Sequence record: SRR2962707_3760
Length of the DNA: 55,905 nucleotides
Direction: 5' to 3' (one strand)
A model generated the notes under the pieces. That model was not told where the DNA came from and searched no databases. It saw only the letters and a list, made by a program, of their open reading frames with translations. Shown piece after piece: positions 1 to 10,087 of the stretch. The number at the start of each line of letters is the position of its first letter. Positions within the stretch are counted from its first letter, which is position 1. The translations under genes were made by a program, and so were the position numbers.

Positions 1-30
1 GCCCGCATTCAATTGAATGCGGGCTTTTTT
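1..30. terminator. Intrinsic terminator hairpin at the window edge, possibly bidirectional
   Basis: GCCCGCATTC-AATT-GAATGCGGGC followed by TTTTTT; lies past the 3' end of murI. Confidence 0.8.
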
Positions 31-83
31 AATGCTCTGCTTTATTGATTAATACTAGGCGATGACCTATCCAGTATCATGCT

Positions 84-914
84 TTATGCATCAAGCACTT
101 TATCAAACAATGAAAGATCAATGCTATGTTGATTAGCAACCGCCGCCTTATCATCCACCCAACCCAACAAACGCCCCATGTTTTCAAGGCCTTTGGTACT
201 GACAATCTCAATACTGCCACTTTGCTCTGGAGACGACCACGACAAAGCTTGCGCAGGATAAGCCTGCTTTAAACGACGTATCAGCTGAGCGGTAACGCCC
301 TCACTCGGCTCAATAATGTCACAGTGCGCACCAAGCGCCGCTGCAAACAAACTTTTCACCAAGGGATAATGAGTACAGGCCAACACCAAGGTATCCACCT
401 CTGATGCGATCATCTCATCACACAACGCCCTTACAACCTCTTCGACTTTCGCACTGGATTGTGGCCAAGCATCAATCGCAAACGCCAACGAAGCGCTCGA
501 CATTATGTGTACCTTGCTGTCTTCTCGCCACAAATCAATCAACTCACCAAGACGTTGACTGTTGGCCGTCAGCGGCGTGGCAAGCACCGCCACATGACGC
601 TTTTTACTGATGCGAAACGCCGGTTTAACAGCAGGCTCAACGCCTATCACCGGCAAATGCGTGGCGCCACGCAAACAATCAATCGCACAAACGGTGGCTG
701 TATTGCACGCCACAACAATCGCATCGACTTGCTGGCTTTCAAAAAATTGCCCAATGTTGATAATTCGCGATTGAATGTCTTCAGGTTTCTTCTCGCCATA
801 AGGTGCAAACGCCTCATCAGCAAGGTAGATGAGATCAAGCGCAGGGATTTTTTGGCGAATAGCATTAAGGATGGTTAATCCGCCCGCCCCTGAGTCCATT
901 ATGCCTATTTTCAA
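84..914 (-). CDS. murI: Glutamate racemase
   Basis: DSGAGG, PYGEK, VACNTA and LACTHYP motifs; TTG start overlaps the murB stop. Confidence 0.95.
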   Translation of the reverse strand: MKIGIMDSGAGGLTILNAIRQKIPALDLIYLADEAFAPYGEKKPEDIQSRIINIGQFFESQQVDAIVVACNTATVCAIDCLRGATHLPVIGVEPAVKPAFRISKKRHVAVLATPLTANSQRLGELIDLWREDSKVHIMSSASLAFAIDAWPQSSAKVEEVVRALCDEMIASEVDTLVLACTHYPLVKSLFAAALGAHCDIIEPSEGVTAQLIRRLKQAYPAQALSWSSPEQSGSIEIVSTKGLENMGRLLGWVDDKAAVANQHSIDLSLFDKVLDA

Positions 915-2002
915 CAGACGCTCTCCTTCGCATGGGATTTCGCTGTTACCACAGAAGGCAATTCAACCGGTTCTCTTTCCAACTGCACGCAGTAACGCTC
1001 GAAAACAGATTCCTTGATAAGCGATTCTAGCTCAAGCAAAGAGGCGGCTTGCTGTTCAGAATGATTCACCAGCACTAAAGCCTGCTTCTCATACACCCCA
1101 ACCCCTTTGTGTTGACGCCCCTTCCAGCCAGCTTGATCTATCATCCAACCTGCCGCCAATTTATAACCATCCGCAAAGGCAAAAGACACCAAATCTGGAA
1201 AACGCTGCTTTAATACTGCGTGCTCTTCGACCGAAACAACCGGGTTCTTAAAAAAACTCCCTGCATTGGCAATTTCATTAGGATCCGGCAGCTTACTGCG
1301 TCGAACGGCACAAACCGCGTCAAACACAGTGAGTAAATTAGCCTCACCATGAATTTGACTTTTTAAACCGCCATAATTCAATACCAAACGAGGCTGTTTA
1401 AACAAACAAAGCTCCGTTTCGGTAATGATATAACGCCCCTTCCATTTCCCTTTGAAGTGGCTGTCACGATAAGAAAAACCACACTCTTCGGCCCTCAACC
1501 AATAGAGCTGCCCGCTATCAACCTCTAACACTTGCACTCGGGCAATCACGTCTTTGACTTCGACGCCGTAAGCGCCAATATTTTGCACCGGCGCTGCACC
1601 AACCGTACCCGGAATAAGTGCAAGGTTTTCTATACCAGACCAACCTTGCTGCACGCAATGTGCCACTAAATCATGCCAGTTCTCTCCTCCGGCCACGCTT
1701 AGCCTAAGCGTCTCAGCGTCCTCAGACACAAGACGCTTACCACGCAATTGATTAACAATCACCAAACCAGAAACATGGTCACGGATAAGTAAATTACTAC
1801 CACCGCCTAACACGGTAATCGGCAGTTGGTGAGAATGCGCCCAATGAACCACTCGTTTGAGCGTCTCTAGGTCATCCACTAACGCCAAAAACTGCGCCTG
1901 ATAATCAAAGCGAAAGGTATTAAAAGAAGCGAGGGAAACGTCTCTTTGCACCACAGAAGGCGCGTCCGAGAGTATGTGTTCTAAGACATGCATCATAAGC
2001 AA
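911..2002 (-). CDS. murB: UDP-N-acetylmuramate dehydrogenase
   Basis: [25 protein letters not shown] and NAGSFFKNP; start may be one of the next Met codons. Confidence 0.95.
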   Translation of the reverse strand: MLMMHVLEHILSDAPSVVQRDVSLASFNTFRFDYQAQFLALVDDLETLKRVVHWAHSHQLPITVLGGGSNLLIRDHVSGLVIVNQLRGKRLVSEDAETLRLSVAGGENWHDLVAHCVQQGWSGIENLALIPGTVGAAPVQNIGAYGVEVKDVIARVQVLEVDSGQLYWLRAEECGFSYRDSHFKGKWKGRYIITETELCLFKQPRLVLNYGGLKSQIHGEANLLTVFDAVCAVRRSKLPDPNEIANAGSFFKNPVVSVEEHAVLKQRFPDLVSFAFADGYKLAAGWMIDQAGWKGRQHKGVGVYEKQALVLVNHSEQQAASLLELESLIKESVFERYCVQLEREPVELPSVVTAKSHAKESVC

Positions 2003-2484
2003 GATGATTCCTGATCAACCGACATAAGATGAGCAACAAAGCGCTCTGAAATCCTTTGCAGATGCTCTCGCATCACCACAAAACCATCATACTCACCATA
2101 ATAAGGATCTTGCACCTCGCCGAGCGCCACACTGGTGTGGTAGGCACCAAACATCACCAATTTGGCGTGACTGTTTGCTGGCTGAATGGCTTTTAAGTTA
2201 GCTAAATTGTCCGCATCCATGGCTACAATCCAATCAAAGTAGTCGAAATCGTCGACCTTCACTTGTCTGGCCTGTTGCGCTGAAATATTCACCCCTACAT
2301 CAGACAAAGCTCGAATAGAACGCGGGTCTGGTGATTTGCCAATGTGGTAAGCGGCGGTTCCCGCCGAATCCACCTGCAGATCCAAACCTTTGTGTTGCGT
2401 TGCGGCTGCTTGCAAAATACCTTGCGCCGCCGGGGAACGACAAATATTCCCCAGACACACCGTCAGCACCTTGATCGTCTTCAC
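1993..2484 (-). CDS. Low-molecular-weight protein tyrosine phosphatase
   Basis: [10 protein letters not shown]-loop, DSAGT and DPYYG. Confidence 0.93.
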   Translation of the reverse strand: MKTIKVLTVCLGNICRSPAAQGILQAAATQHKGLDLQVDSAGTAAYHIGKSPDPRSIRALSDVGVNISAQQARQVKVDDFDYFDWIVAMDADNLANLKAIQPANSHAKLVMFGAYHTSVALGEVQDPYYGEYDGFVVMREHLQRISERFVAHLMSVDQESSCL

Positions 2485-2678
2485 TTTACTGAGCCTGAAT
2501 CCAATCTTTCTTCTGAGTTCAAGGTACGTGCTTCGGTTTCCAACAGAACCGGAATACCATCGCGCACAGGGTAAGCCATGCCGCCCACCTTGCTGATCAA
2601 CTCAGTGCCATCTTCGCTTAGGGTTAGTGGCGCTTTGGTAACAGGGCAAACTAGAATATCCAATAAAACTTTATTCAT
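2481..2678 (-). CDS. ycaR: Trm112-family protein (YcaR-like)
   Basis: [11 protein letters not shown]...[11 protein letters not shown]; directly after lpxK. Confidence 0.9.
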   Translation of the reverse strand: MNKVLLDILVCPVTKAPLTLSEDGTELISKVGGMAYPVRDGIPVLLETEARTLNSEERLDSGSVK

Positions 2679-3721
2679 GACATCTTCTCATCTTTTATAT
2701 GTTGTAACTTGTTGATTAACGTTGTTTTAAGTGTTTCTGGCAAGGTAAGGGAAACCGGCAAATACCACACATTCTGGTTTGTTAAGGCTAAATTTTGGCA
2801 CTTTACCGCGTCTTTTTCCGTCATTATGACGTTACCCTGCAAAGGAATATCGTCTTTATGATAGTCGTGATGATCACTAAACCAAGTAACGGATTCAGGC
2901 TTTGTTAACCCTGATGCGTGTAACGTATTTAAGAAACGTTCGGGATTACCGATTCCCGCCATGACATGCCACTGCTTGCCCCCTGCAAAAGCCTCTGAAA
3001 ACGCCAATTGCCGCGCGCCGTCCAGTGACATTAATTGTGGAGTAGACAATGTCGCTGTGATCACGGAACCATGTTCTAGGGTGTGATTCAAGGCCGCCAG
3101 CGTGGGGGTTATTTCGTTGGCTATGCTGACGATATAATCGACACTATCTAAGCGTTCAACCGGCTCGCGAAGCGGTCCGACGGGCAACAAACACCCATTT
3201 CCGATACCACGTTGAGCGTCCACCATTGCAATTTCTATGTCACGATTGAGCGCATAATGTTGCATGCCATCATCGCACACAAGCACGTCCACCTTTGCCA
3301 CGTTCAGCAGATGCTTAACCGCGTCTGCTCGTTTCGGATAAACCACAATAGGACATTGGGTACGGCGCGCCAACATAACGGGCTCATCGCCTACTTGAGA
3401 GGCCAAACTGTGCTCGTCAACCAACACAGGTGAGGTCAATGTCACCCCATGACCGCGGGACACAATACCAGGGTGAAAACCACTGTCTCGCAACCATTCA
3501 CACAGCGCAACCACCATAGGTGACTTTCCGGTACCACCCACACTGATATTGCCAACGACAATAACAGGAACAGGCGCGCGATAGGATTGGCTAGGATTGG
3601 CTAGAAAGGCCGCGCGTTTTTTATACACCACCTTTTTGACGAACGGCATTAATGGGGTAAATACCTTCGTCCAAGGACAAGATCCATACCAAGATCGGGC
3701 CAACAATGACTCTAGATTCAC
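2675..3721 (-). CDS. lpxK: Tetraacyldisaccharide 4'-kinase
   Basis: [24 protein letters not shown] and LPVGPLREP. Confidence 0.96.
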   Translation of the reverse strand: MNLESLLARSWYGSCPWTKVFTPLMPFVKKVVYKKRAAFLANPSQSYRAPVPVIVVGNISVGGTGKSPMVVALCEWLRDSGFHPGIVSRGHGVTLTSPVLVDEHSLASQVGDEPVMLARRTQCPIVVYPKRADAVKHLLNVAKVDVLVCDDGMQHYALNRDIEIAMVDAQRGIGNGCLLPVGPLREPVERLDSVDYIVSIANEITPTLAALNHTLEHGSVITATLSTPQLMSLDGARQLAFSEAFAGGKQWHVMAGIGNPERFLNTLHASGLTKPESVTWFSDHHDYHKDDIPLQGNVIMTEKDAVKCQNLALTNQNVWYLPVSLTLPETLKTTLINKLQHIKDEKMS

Positions 3722-4140
3722 TCGCTTTGCTCTCTTTGTGCCGTATGGGCTATTTTGGAGATTCCTAACTGCGCGGCAGCATCATAGACATTGAGCACCA
3801 TTTCATAAGGGGCTTTGGCGTCAGCAGTAATAATTAGTGGGCGCTTGTTGTCACCTTGTGACACTTCTTCAATACCCTTGACCAGCGTCGCCACTTTTTC
3901 ATTCACCAAGGTGCGCCCATTGATCACATATTGACCATCACTGGTAATGACAATTTCAACATCTTGACTGCGATCTGTTATCGCTTCTCCAGTGGTCGCC
4001 GATGGCAAATCAATGGTTAATTCCGAGCTGTGGTTAAATGTGGTACTGACCATGAAAAAGATCAATAACAGAAAAACCACATCAATCAGGGGAGTAAGAT
4101 TGATTTGTACGTCATCGATTTTTTGACGTCGAAACTTCAC
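3718..4140 (-). CDS. exbD: ExbD/TolR family protein
   Basis: INLTPLIDVVFLLLIFFMV transmembrane motif. Confidence 0.92.
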   Translation of the reverse strand: MKFRRQKIDDVQINLTPLIDVVFLLLIFFMVSTTFNHSSELTIDLPSATTGEAITDRSQDVEIVITSDGQYVINGRTLVNEKVATLVKGIEEVSQGDNKRPLIITADAKAPYEMVLNVYDAAAQLGISKIAHTAQREQSE

Positions 4141-4766
4141 TGACTCACTCCTGCTTTTGACTCCCTATCATTGTGCAGGGCATCAACCAATTTAGTGGAT
4201 TGCTGCTCCATGCTCACCACCACTTCATCTATTTTTCGGCTGAAATAACGATGAAACACAAGCGCAGGGATCGCAACCCCTAATCCTGCCGCGGTGGTCA
4301 ATAAAGCCTCGGAAATACCGCCAGCCAACAAGGCGGTGTTGCCAGCCCCCTGTTCCATCAACACAGAAAATACCTTGATCATACCGACCACTGTGCCCAA
4401 CAGGCCTAGCAAGGGTGAAATTGCAGCAATGGTGCCCAAACTGCTCATGAATTTTTCAAGATCATGAATCACATGACCTGCTGCTTCCTGCATGCTTTCT
4501 TTCATGCTGTTACGGCCATATTTAGAATTCATCAAACCGGCCGCAAAAATAGAAGAGAGGCCTGCGGTATTTTGCATAGAACGAATGTAGTCCAATGACA
4601 TTCTGTCATCGCGTAAACGTGACATCACATCCAATAACAAGTTTTTCGGAGCAACCCGAGATTTTCGCAGCACCCAAAAGCGCTCAATAATGATCGCCAT
4701 TGTCAGGATAGAACAGGCCAATAGAGGCCACATGAAAAAACCGCCAGTTTGGATAAAGGTTAACAC
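4137..4766 (-). CDS. exbB: MotA/TolQ/ExbB proton channel protein
   Basis: PLLGLLGTVVGMI and GISEALLTTAAGL; GTG start. Confidence 0.92.
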   Translation of the reverse strand: MLTFIQTGGFFMWPLLACSILTMAIIIERFWVLRKSRVAPKNLLLDVMSRLRDDRMSLDYIRSMQNTAGLSSIFAAGLMNSKYGRNSMKESMQEAAGHVIHDLEKFMSSLGTIAAISPLLGLLGTVVGMIKVFSVLMEQGAGNTALLAGGISEALLTTAAGLGVAIPALVFHRYFSRKIDEVVVSMEQQSTKLVDALHNDRESKAGVSQ

Positions 4767-4791
4767 CGCGAACTCCCATTAAAATTTGATG

Positions 4792-6681
4792 TTAATTTAA
4801 CATAAACTCTAACTTTTCAACACGCCTGCAAGTGTCAGATTTAAAGAGAAAAATTGAAAAGGAACAGGTTAAATGTCGAACTGAGACAAGCCCTTTCTCA
4901 CGACGAAATAACAAGGCTTCGCCAGGCTCAATAGACAACCAATCTATCTGCAAGCCACGCAATCTCGATTGCATTGCCTCAGAAGGCGTCTTTTTGAACA
5001 AAACCCAATCAATCTTCTCCTTTAGCAACACAGCAGGCTCCAGCTCCTCATCATTGGCCGCAAGCAATAACGCCAGCGAATTCCACTGACTTTGCTCATC
5101 AAATAAAATTAGCAATCGCTGGGCCACATCTTCACTATGCCAGCGACTGCTTAAACGAATTTCAGACTCTTTTTCAAATGCCAGCTCTCCCGCTCTATTC
5201 ACCACCTGATACTGAACGCCTGACAGCTTGTCTCTTGGAATCAACAATACGCACCAAATCAACAGTAAGCACAACCAGCCACGCCTTAACGGCCATTGCC
5301 AAATCCAAAATACCACCAAGAGCAGCAATAGCGACTTTGAGAAAGCATTCAAAAAAGTGTCGAAATCCAACATGGGCAATTGAAACGCCAATGCCTCCAA
5401 GCCACGAAGAATATGCAGCAAGCCAAAGTCTATGACTCCATACAAGTACGAGGTTTGATTAAATAGCCCTTCCACACTTGCCATCACGCCTAACGGAAAC
5501 CAGAGAAAAGCCGCCAACGGCACCATGAACAAGTTAAGCGGCACAGACACAACAGAAACAGACGCCTGCCACCCCCAAATAAGCACCATAGAAGCGGTCG
5601 ACAACATACACTGCAAGAGGAAAATGCGCGTCCAATGCTGAGTACTCTGACTAAAAGCAATCAAGCAAGACACCAAACTAAATGACAACCATAACCCTGG
5701 CTGCAACACGGCCCTTGGGTCGAACAACAAAATGCCCCACAAAGCGAACATCACCACTTTATAAGGCGATGGCTGAGTAAAAAGCACTTTGGACACCAGA
5801 TAGAGACTTAACATGATCGCCGCCCTCACCACAGGCGCTCCCCAACCAGTGAGATAGGCATAAAAAATCAAAATAGGAATGATAATAACCGCATCCACTA
5901 ACCAGCAGTTCACGCCTGATAACACCCAGCGATTTGGCGCTAAACGCCAACACACTCGACTCAATATGCGACCAAAAACAAACACAAACCCCGTATGCAA
6001 ACCAGAGACTACAAACAAATGCGCAAGCCCTAAGGCCCTGACCATCCATTTATCTCGCTCGTCCCAGTCTTTGTTATCGCCCAGCAACAGCGCTTTTGAA
6101 AACCGCCAACTCGGATAATGGGCAAAGACACCTTGCAAACGCTCATTGATCGTTCGCCTCAGAGTAGGCGCTCTATGCTCAGTAGGGATAAGCGACTCAT
6201 CACTAGTCACGTCCAACAAAGCAAGTTGGCGCTCTGTATAAAGTCGCCTCGACATCCAGCTTTCGTTCTTTGCCGGGGCAACAACCTCTTTAAGCGTGAC
6301 ACGCAATGCGCGCTCTGGTCGCGATGAGAAAGGTTCGAACTGAACATCTTGATAAAAATATCGCACACCATGAGCGTCTTTTAGTCTAACAGACAAGGAC
6401 TTAGCGCCTGCCATTTGCCACCCAACATCCCCTTCACTGTACAGACGCTTGGATTGAGGACTAAAAAACAAAGCTTGGGATTTAAGCAAAGAAAATGCAG
6501 GCACACCGTTTGTTTCGCTTAACTGCCAACTAATCAGGGAAAGAAAGGTCAAAAACAACAGCCAAAAACGATGAGTGCCGATTAAATAGAGACACACCAG
6601 AATGATATGAGTAGAATACAGCCACTGATATTCGCTTGGCACCAAAATGGCGCCGATCAAGATTAAAACACTTAGTAACAT
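4792..6681 (-). CDS. comEC: ComEC/Rec2 DNA-uptake channel family protein with an atypical C-terminus
   Basis: GLAHLFVVSGLH, PVVRAAIM and GLWLSF motifs with many TM segments; start set at ATG 6681 after a GGAGG SD (ORF track starts at 6717). Confidence 0.85.
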   Translation of the reverse strand: MLLSVLILIGAILVPSEYQWLYSTHIILVCLYLIGTHRFWLLFLTFLSLISWQLSETNGVPAFSLLKSQALFFSPQSKRLYSEGDVGWQMAGAKSLSVRLKDAHGVRYFYQDVQFEPFSSRPERALRVTLKEVVAPAKNESWMSRRLYTERQLALLDVTSDESLIPTEHRAPTLRRTINERLQGVFAHYPSWRFSKALLLGDNKDWDERDKWMVRALGLAHLFVVSGLHTGFVFVFGRILSRVCWRLAPNRWVLSGVNCWLVDAVIIIPILIFYAYLTGWGAPVVRAAIMLSLYLVSKVLFTQPSPYKVVMFALWGILLFDPRAVLQPGLWLSFSLVSCLIAFSQSTQHWTRIFLLQCMLSTASMVLIWGWQASVSVVSVPLNLFMVPLAAFLWFPLGVMASVEGLFNQTSYLYGVIDFGLLHILRGLEALAFQLPMLDFDTFLNAFSKSLLLLLVVFWIWQWPLRRGWLCLLLIWCVLLIPRDKLSGVQYQVVNRAGELAFEKESEIRLSSRWHSEDVAQRLLILFDEQSQWNSLALLLAANDEELEPAVLLKEKIDWVLFKKTPSEAMQSRLRGLQIDWLSIEPGEALLFRREKGLVSVRHLTCSFSIFLFKSDTCRRVEKLEFMLN

Positions 6682-6725
6682 AAGACCTCCATGTCTTAAA
6701 TTGCTAACCTGACTCATACCTGCTT

Positions 6726-7238
6726 ATGCCGAAGCGTTACTTAAAAAAATTTATCCCAAATCCAGAAAAGCTAAAAGAAAACAAAGCCTTAAGTTTGTTG
6801 GGAAAACAAATCTATGAAGCTGATTTATGGCACCTAAACAGGCGCTCGGTTGCTAGAGCTTTTTTAAACGGACTATTTTGGGCCTTTATCCCAATGCCAT
6901 TTCAAATGGTAGTCTCTGCCCTGCTTGCCATCCCGTTACGTGCCAACATTCCACTTTCTATTGCCCTTGTTTGGATCACTAACCCGCTTACCATGCCCTT
7001 TGTTTTCTACTTTAACTACAAAGTGGGCAGCTTGATTATGGGTGGCGATGACGGCAAAGATTTTCACCTTTCTGTCGAATGGATTTGGGCAAAACTGGAA
7101 CACATCTGGCTCCCGTTATATTTGGGCTCAGTCGTGTCTGGCCTATTTTTTGGCATCCTTGCCTATGTCACTATTTTATTAGTATGGCGGATTCACGTCA
7201 TAAAGCGCTGGAAAGAGCGTAAAAAAAGAAGAATCTAA
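6726..7238 (+). CDS. DUF2062 family membrane protein
   Basis: LWHLNRRSVA, PMPFQM and WITNPLTMP; usual position between lolD and comEC. Confidence 0.85.
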   Translation: MPKRYLKKFIPNPEKLKENKALSLLGKQIYEADLWHLNRRSVARAFLNGLFWAFIPMPFQMVVSALLAIPLRANIPLSIALVWITNPLTMPFVFYFNYKVGSLIMGGDDGKDFHLSVEWIWAKLEHIWLPLYLGSVVSGLFFGILAYVTILLVWRIHVIKRWKERKKRRI

Positions 7239-7267
7239 TACAAACATAGAAACTTCCTCTTCTTCAG

Positions 7268-7305
7268 AACCAAAAAAACCACTCAGTTGAGTGGTTTTTT
7301 TGGTT
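7268..7305. terminator. Bidirectional intrinsic terminator
   Basis: AACCAAAAAAACCACTCA-GT-TGAGTGGTTTTTTTGGTT between convergent genes. Confidence 0.85.
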
Positions 7306-7320
7306 ACGATACCGCGTTAA

Positions 7321-8025
7321 CTATTCGGCTTCGCCAGCACGTTCAATAGGCAGCAAATCACCTTGCGATAATCGATAGGCCGAGTCCATCCAGCCAAGCA
7401 TTTTCTCATCGTGGGTCACAATCAAAAAAGCCATATCGTGGGAGACTTTTAATTCATTAATCAGCGCCTGTATGTCTTGGGATGTCGATTCGTCTAGGTT
7501 TCCCGTTGGCTCATCCATCAGCACGCAAGCGGGCTTATTCGCCAATGCACGAGCAATGGCAACACGCTGACGCTCGCCCCCTGAAAGCTGAGAGGGTTTG
7601 TGATTCAAACGCTCACCCAAACCAACTTGAGACAAGAGGATTTCCCCTTGTCGCCTAGACTCTGCTTTAGAGGTGCCGGCAATCCACATGGGCATCATGA
7701 CGTTTTCCAGCGCCGAAAATTCGGGCAATAAATGATGGAATTGATACACAAAGCCCATTTCTTTATTGCGCATTTTGGCGCGCTTAGCGTCCTTGATGCT
7801 CGACCAAGAAACATTGGCCAACTTCACTTCACCGCTGCTGGCCAAATCCAAGCCGGCAAGCAAATTAAGCAAGGTCGTTTTGCCTGATCCAGACGCCCCA
7901 ACAATTGCACAGGCCTCCCCTTTATGGAGAGAAAAATCAATAGAACGAAACACATCAACCGTTTGCTTGCCGTCTAGATATTGCTTAGACAGTGCCTGAC
8001 ACTCTAGTACTACTTCCTTACTCAT
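7321..8025 (-). CDS. lolD: Lipoprotein-releasing ABC transporter ATPase
   Basis: GASGSGKT, GFVYQFHHLLPEF, LSGGERQR and DEPTGNLD. Confidence 0.95.
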   Translation of the reverse strand: MSKEVVLECQALSKQYLDGKQTVDVFRSIDFSLHKGEACAIVGASGSGKTTLLNLLAGLDLASSGEVKLANVSWSSIKDAKRAKMRNKEMGFVYQFHHLLPEFSALENVMMPMWIAGTSKAESRRQGEILLSQVGLGERLNHKPSQLSGGERQRVAIARALANKPACVLMDEPTGNLDESTSQDIQALINELKVSHDMAFLIVTHDEKMLGWMDSAYRLSQGDLLPIERAGEAE

Positions 8026-9262
8026 AACGTAAAGCCTCAGCCGGTTCTACTTTCGACGCTCGCCATGCAGGATAGATGGTCGCTGCCACCGTCATAATAA
8101 AAGCACAGCTCACAATCATTTTTACATCAGACCATTCAAGCTCAGAAGGCAAATAGTTAATGAAATAAACATCTGCACTCAAGAACTGCACATTAAGCAG
8201 ATGCTGTAACCAACTCACTATGCTGCTCACATTTAGCGCTAAGGTAATGCCCAACGCCAAACCAATTAAGGTCCCCAATAAACCAATGAACATACCTTGA
8301 ACAATAAACACCGCCATCACTTGTCGCGACGTTAAGCCCATGGTTCTCAATATCGCAATGTCATTACGTTTATCGGTCACCACCATCACCAAGGTGGAGA
8401 CAATATTGAACGCAGCAACCGCCACGATCAGCAACAACAACAGACCAATCATGGTCTTTTCCATTTTGATCGCATGGAAAAGATTGCCATGGGTGCGCGT
8501 CCAATCACTGACTTTATTTAATCCTGGAATAGCGCGGGCAATATCCCAAATTTCAGTGGGGGCGACAAATAGGTTGTCAAAACTGATACGTAGCGCCTCT
8601 ACATCGTCTTTCTTATAGCGCTTTAATAGCGCCGCGTCTTTCACATTAATATAGGCAAGGCTGCTGTCTAACTCAGCCCCTACTTCAAACACGCCCACAA
8701 GTGTAAAACGCTTTAATACTGGCGTAACGCCGACAATTGACACGCTGGCCTGAGGCAAAATGGCCGTAACTTTATCCCCAATGTTGACCCCTAGCATTTT
8801 CGCTAACTGGGAGCCTAATACGATGCCAAAAGGTGTGCTATTTAACGCATCGAGAGAACCTGAAACCATGTGATCATTAATGATGGAGACTTTTTTCTCC
8901 ATCTCTGGATTGATGCCATTTAATAGTGCCCCGTGAACGCTCGCGCCAGACTGAAACATCACTTGCGCTTGCGTATGCGGCGCAACACCCACTACATGGG
9001 GCATTTTTTCGATGGCTTTCATGTCTTTACGCCAATCCTTTAAAACCGGATCGCCCCACAGGGTGGCATGTGGCACCATGCCTAAAATTCGTTGCTGCAA
9101 CTCACGGTCAAAGCCATTCATCACGGACAATACCGTAATCAAAACAGCCACACCCAAGGCTAAGCCAGCAATGGAAGAGAAACTAATGAAGGAAATAAAA
9201 TGATTAGAACGTTTGGCTCTGGCGTAACGCAGACCAATACGGATAGGAAGAAAATTAATCAA
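8018..9262 (-). CDS. Lipoprotein-releasing ABC transporter permease (LolC/E family, possibly LolF type)
   Basis: SVMNGF, MEKTMIGLLLLLIVAVAAFNI and PAEALRYE; directly upstream of lolD. Confidence 0.92.
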   Translation of the reverse strand: MINFLPIRIGLRYARAKRSNHFISFISFSSIAGLALGVAVLITVLSVMNGFDRELQQRILGMVPHATLWGDPVLKDWRKDMKAIEKMPHVVGVAPHTQAQVMFQSGASVHGALLNGINPEMEKKVSIINDHMVSGSLDALNSTPFGIVLGSQLAKMLGVNIGDKVTAILPQASVSIVGVTPVLKRFTLVGVFEVGAELDSSLAYINVKDAALLKRYKKDDVEALRISFDNLFVAPTEIWDIARAIPGLNKVSDWTRTHGNLFHAIKMEKTMIGLLLLLIVAVAAFNIVSTLVMVVTDKRNDIAILRTMGLTSRQVMAVFIVQGMFIGLLGTLIGLALGITLALNVSSIVSWLQHLLNVQFLSADVYFINYLPSELEWSDVKMIVSCAFIMTVAATIYPAWRASKVEPAEALRYE

Positions 9263-9280
9263 AAGTGAACCCTTATTTGC

Positions 9281-9312
9281 AAAAAATGAAGGGGCAAAAC
9301 AGCCCCTTCATT
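9281..9312 (-). terminator. Intrinsic terminator after purC
   Basis: AATGAAGGGGC-loop-GCCCCTTCATT with a T-tract on the minus strand. Confidence 0.75.
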
Positions 9313-9332
9313 GACAATGGCGTCACCCGGCC

Positions 9333-10049
9333 TTAAGCGTCGAAATCAATACCGATACGACGACCTACATCTTCGTACGCTTCAATAACACCACCTAAAC
9401 CTTGACGAAAACGGTCTTTGTCTAGTTTTTCATTGGTTGCAGAGTCCCACAAACGACAGCCATCAGGAGAGAATTCGTCGCCTAAAACGACTTCACCCTT
9501 GTACAGACCAAACTCAAGTTTGTAGTCAACCAATGTCATGCCACCTTCAGCAAACAAGGCTTTCAGCACATCGTTCACTTTGTAAGTTAGCACTTTCGCT
9601 TTCGCAAGATCTTCCGCTTTTGCCCAACCAAATGATTCAACATGTGATTCGTTGATCATAGGGTCACCTAACGCGTCGTTCTTTAAGAACAATTCGAACG
9701 TTGGCGGGTTAAGAGCAAGCCCTTCTTCGACACCTAAACGGCGGCAAAGACTGCCAGCGGCTACGTTACGTACAACGCACTCAATCGGCATCATATCCAA
9801 GCACTTAACAAGACACTCAGTATCGCTTAATAGCTTTTCAAAATGCGTCGGAATACCCGCTTCTTGAAGCTTAGTCATAATGAACGCATTGAATTTATTG
9901 TTCACCATACCTTTGCGATCTAACTGTTCGACTTTTTTTCCATCAAATGCCGATGTGTCGTCACGAAACACTAGAACCATTTTGTCAGGATCATCTGTTT
10001 TAAATACAGATTTTGCCTTACCTGCATATAGCTCTTGTCGTTTTTCCAT
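9333..10049 (-). CDS. purC: SAICAR synthetase
   Basis: [31 protein letters not shown] and DKDRFR. Confidence 0.97.
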   Translation of the reverse strand: MEKRQELYAGKAKSVFKTDDPDKMVLVFRDDTSAFDGKKVEQLDRKGMVNNKFNAFIMTKLQEAGIPTHFEKLLSDTECLVKCLDMMPIECVVRNVAAGSLCRRLGVEEGLALNPPTFELFLKNDALGDPMINESHVESFGWAKAEDLAKAKVLTYKVNDVLKALFAEGGMTLVDYKLEFGLYKGEVVLGDEFSPDGCRLWDSATNEKLDKDRFRQGLGGVIEAYEDVGRRIGIDFDA

Positions 10050-10087
10050 TGGAGAATCTCCGATTTTTTGCTGTGAGGGTTAATCTT

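Noticed and set aside
3582-3604. 10-nt tandem repeat (TAGGATTGGC x2.3) in lpxK
   Set aside because: Only two copies, the frame is intact and the gene is essential; probably chance and not phase variation
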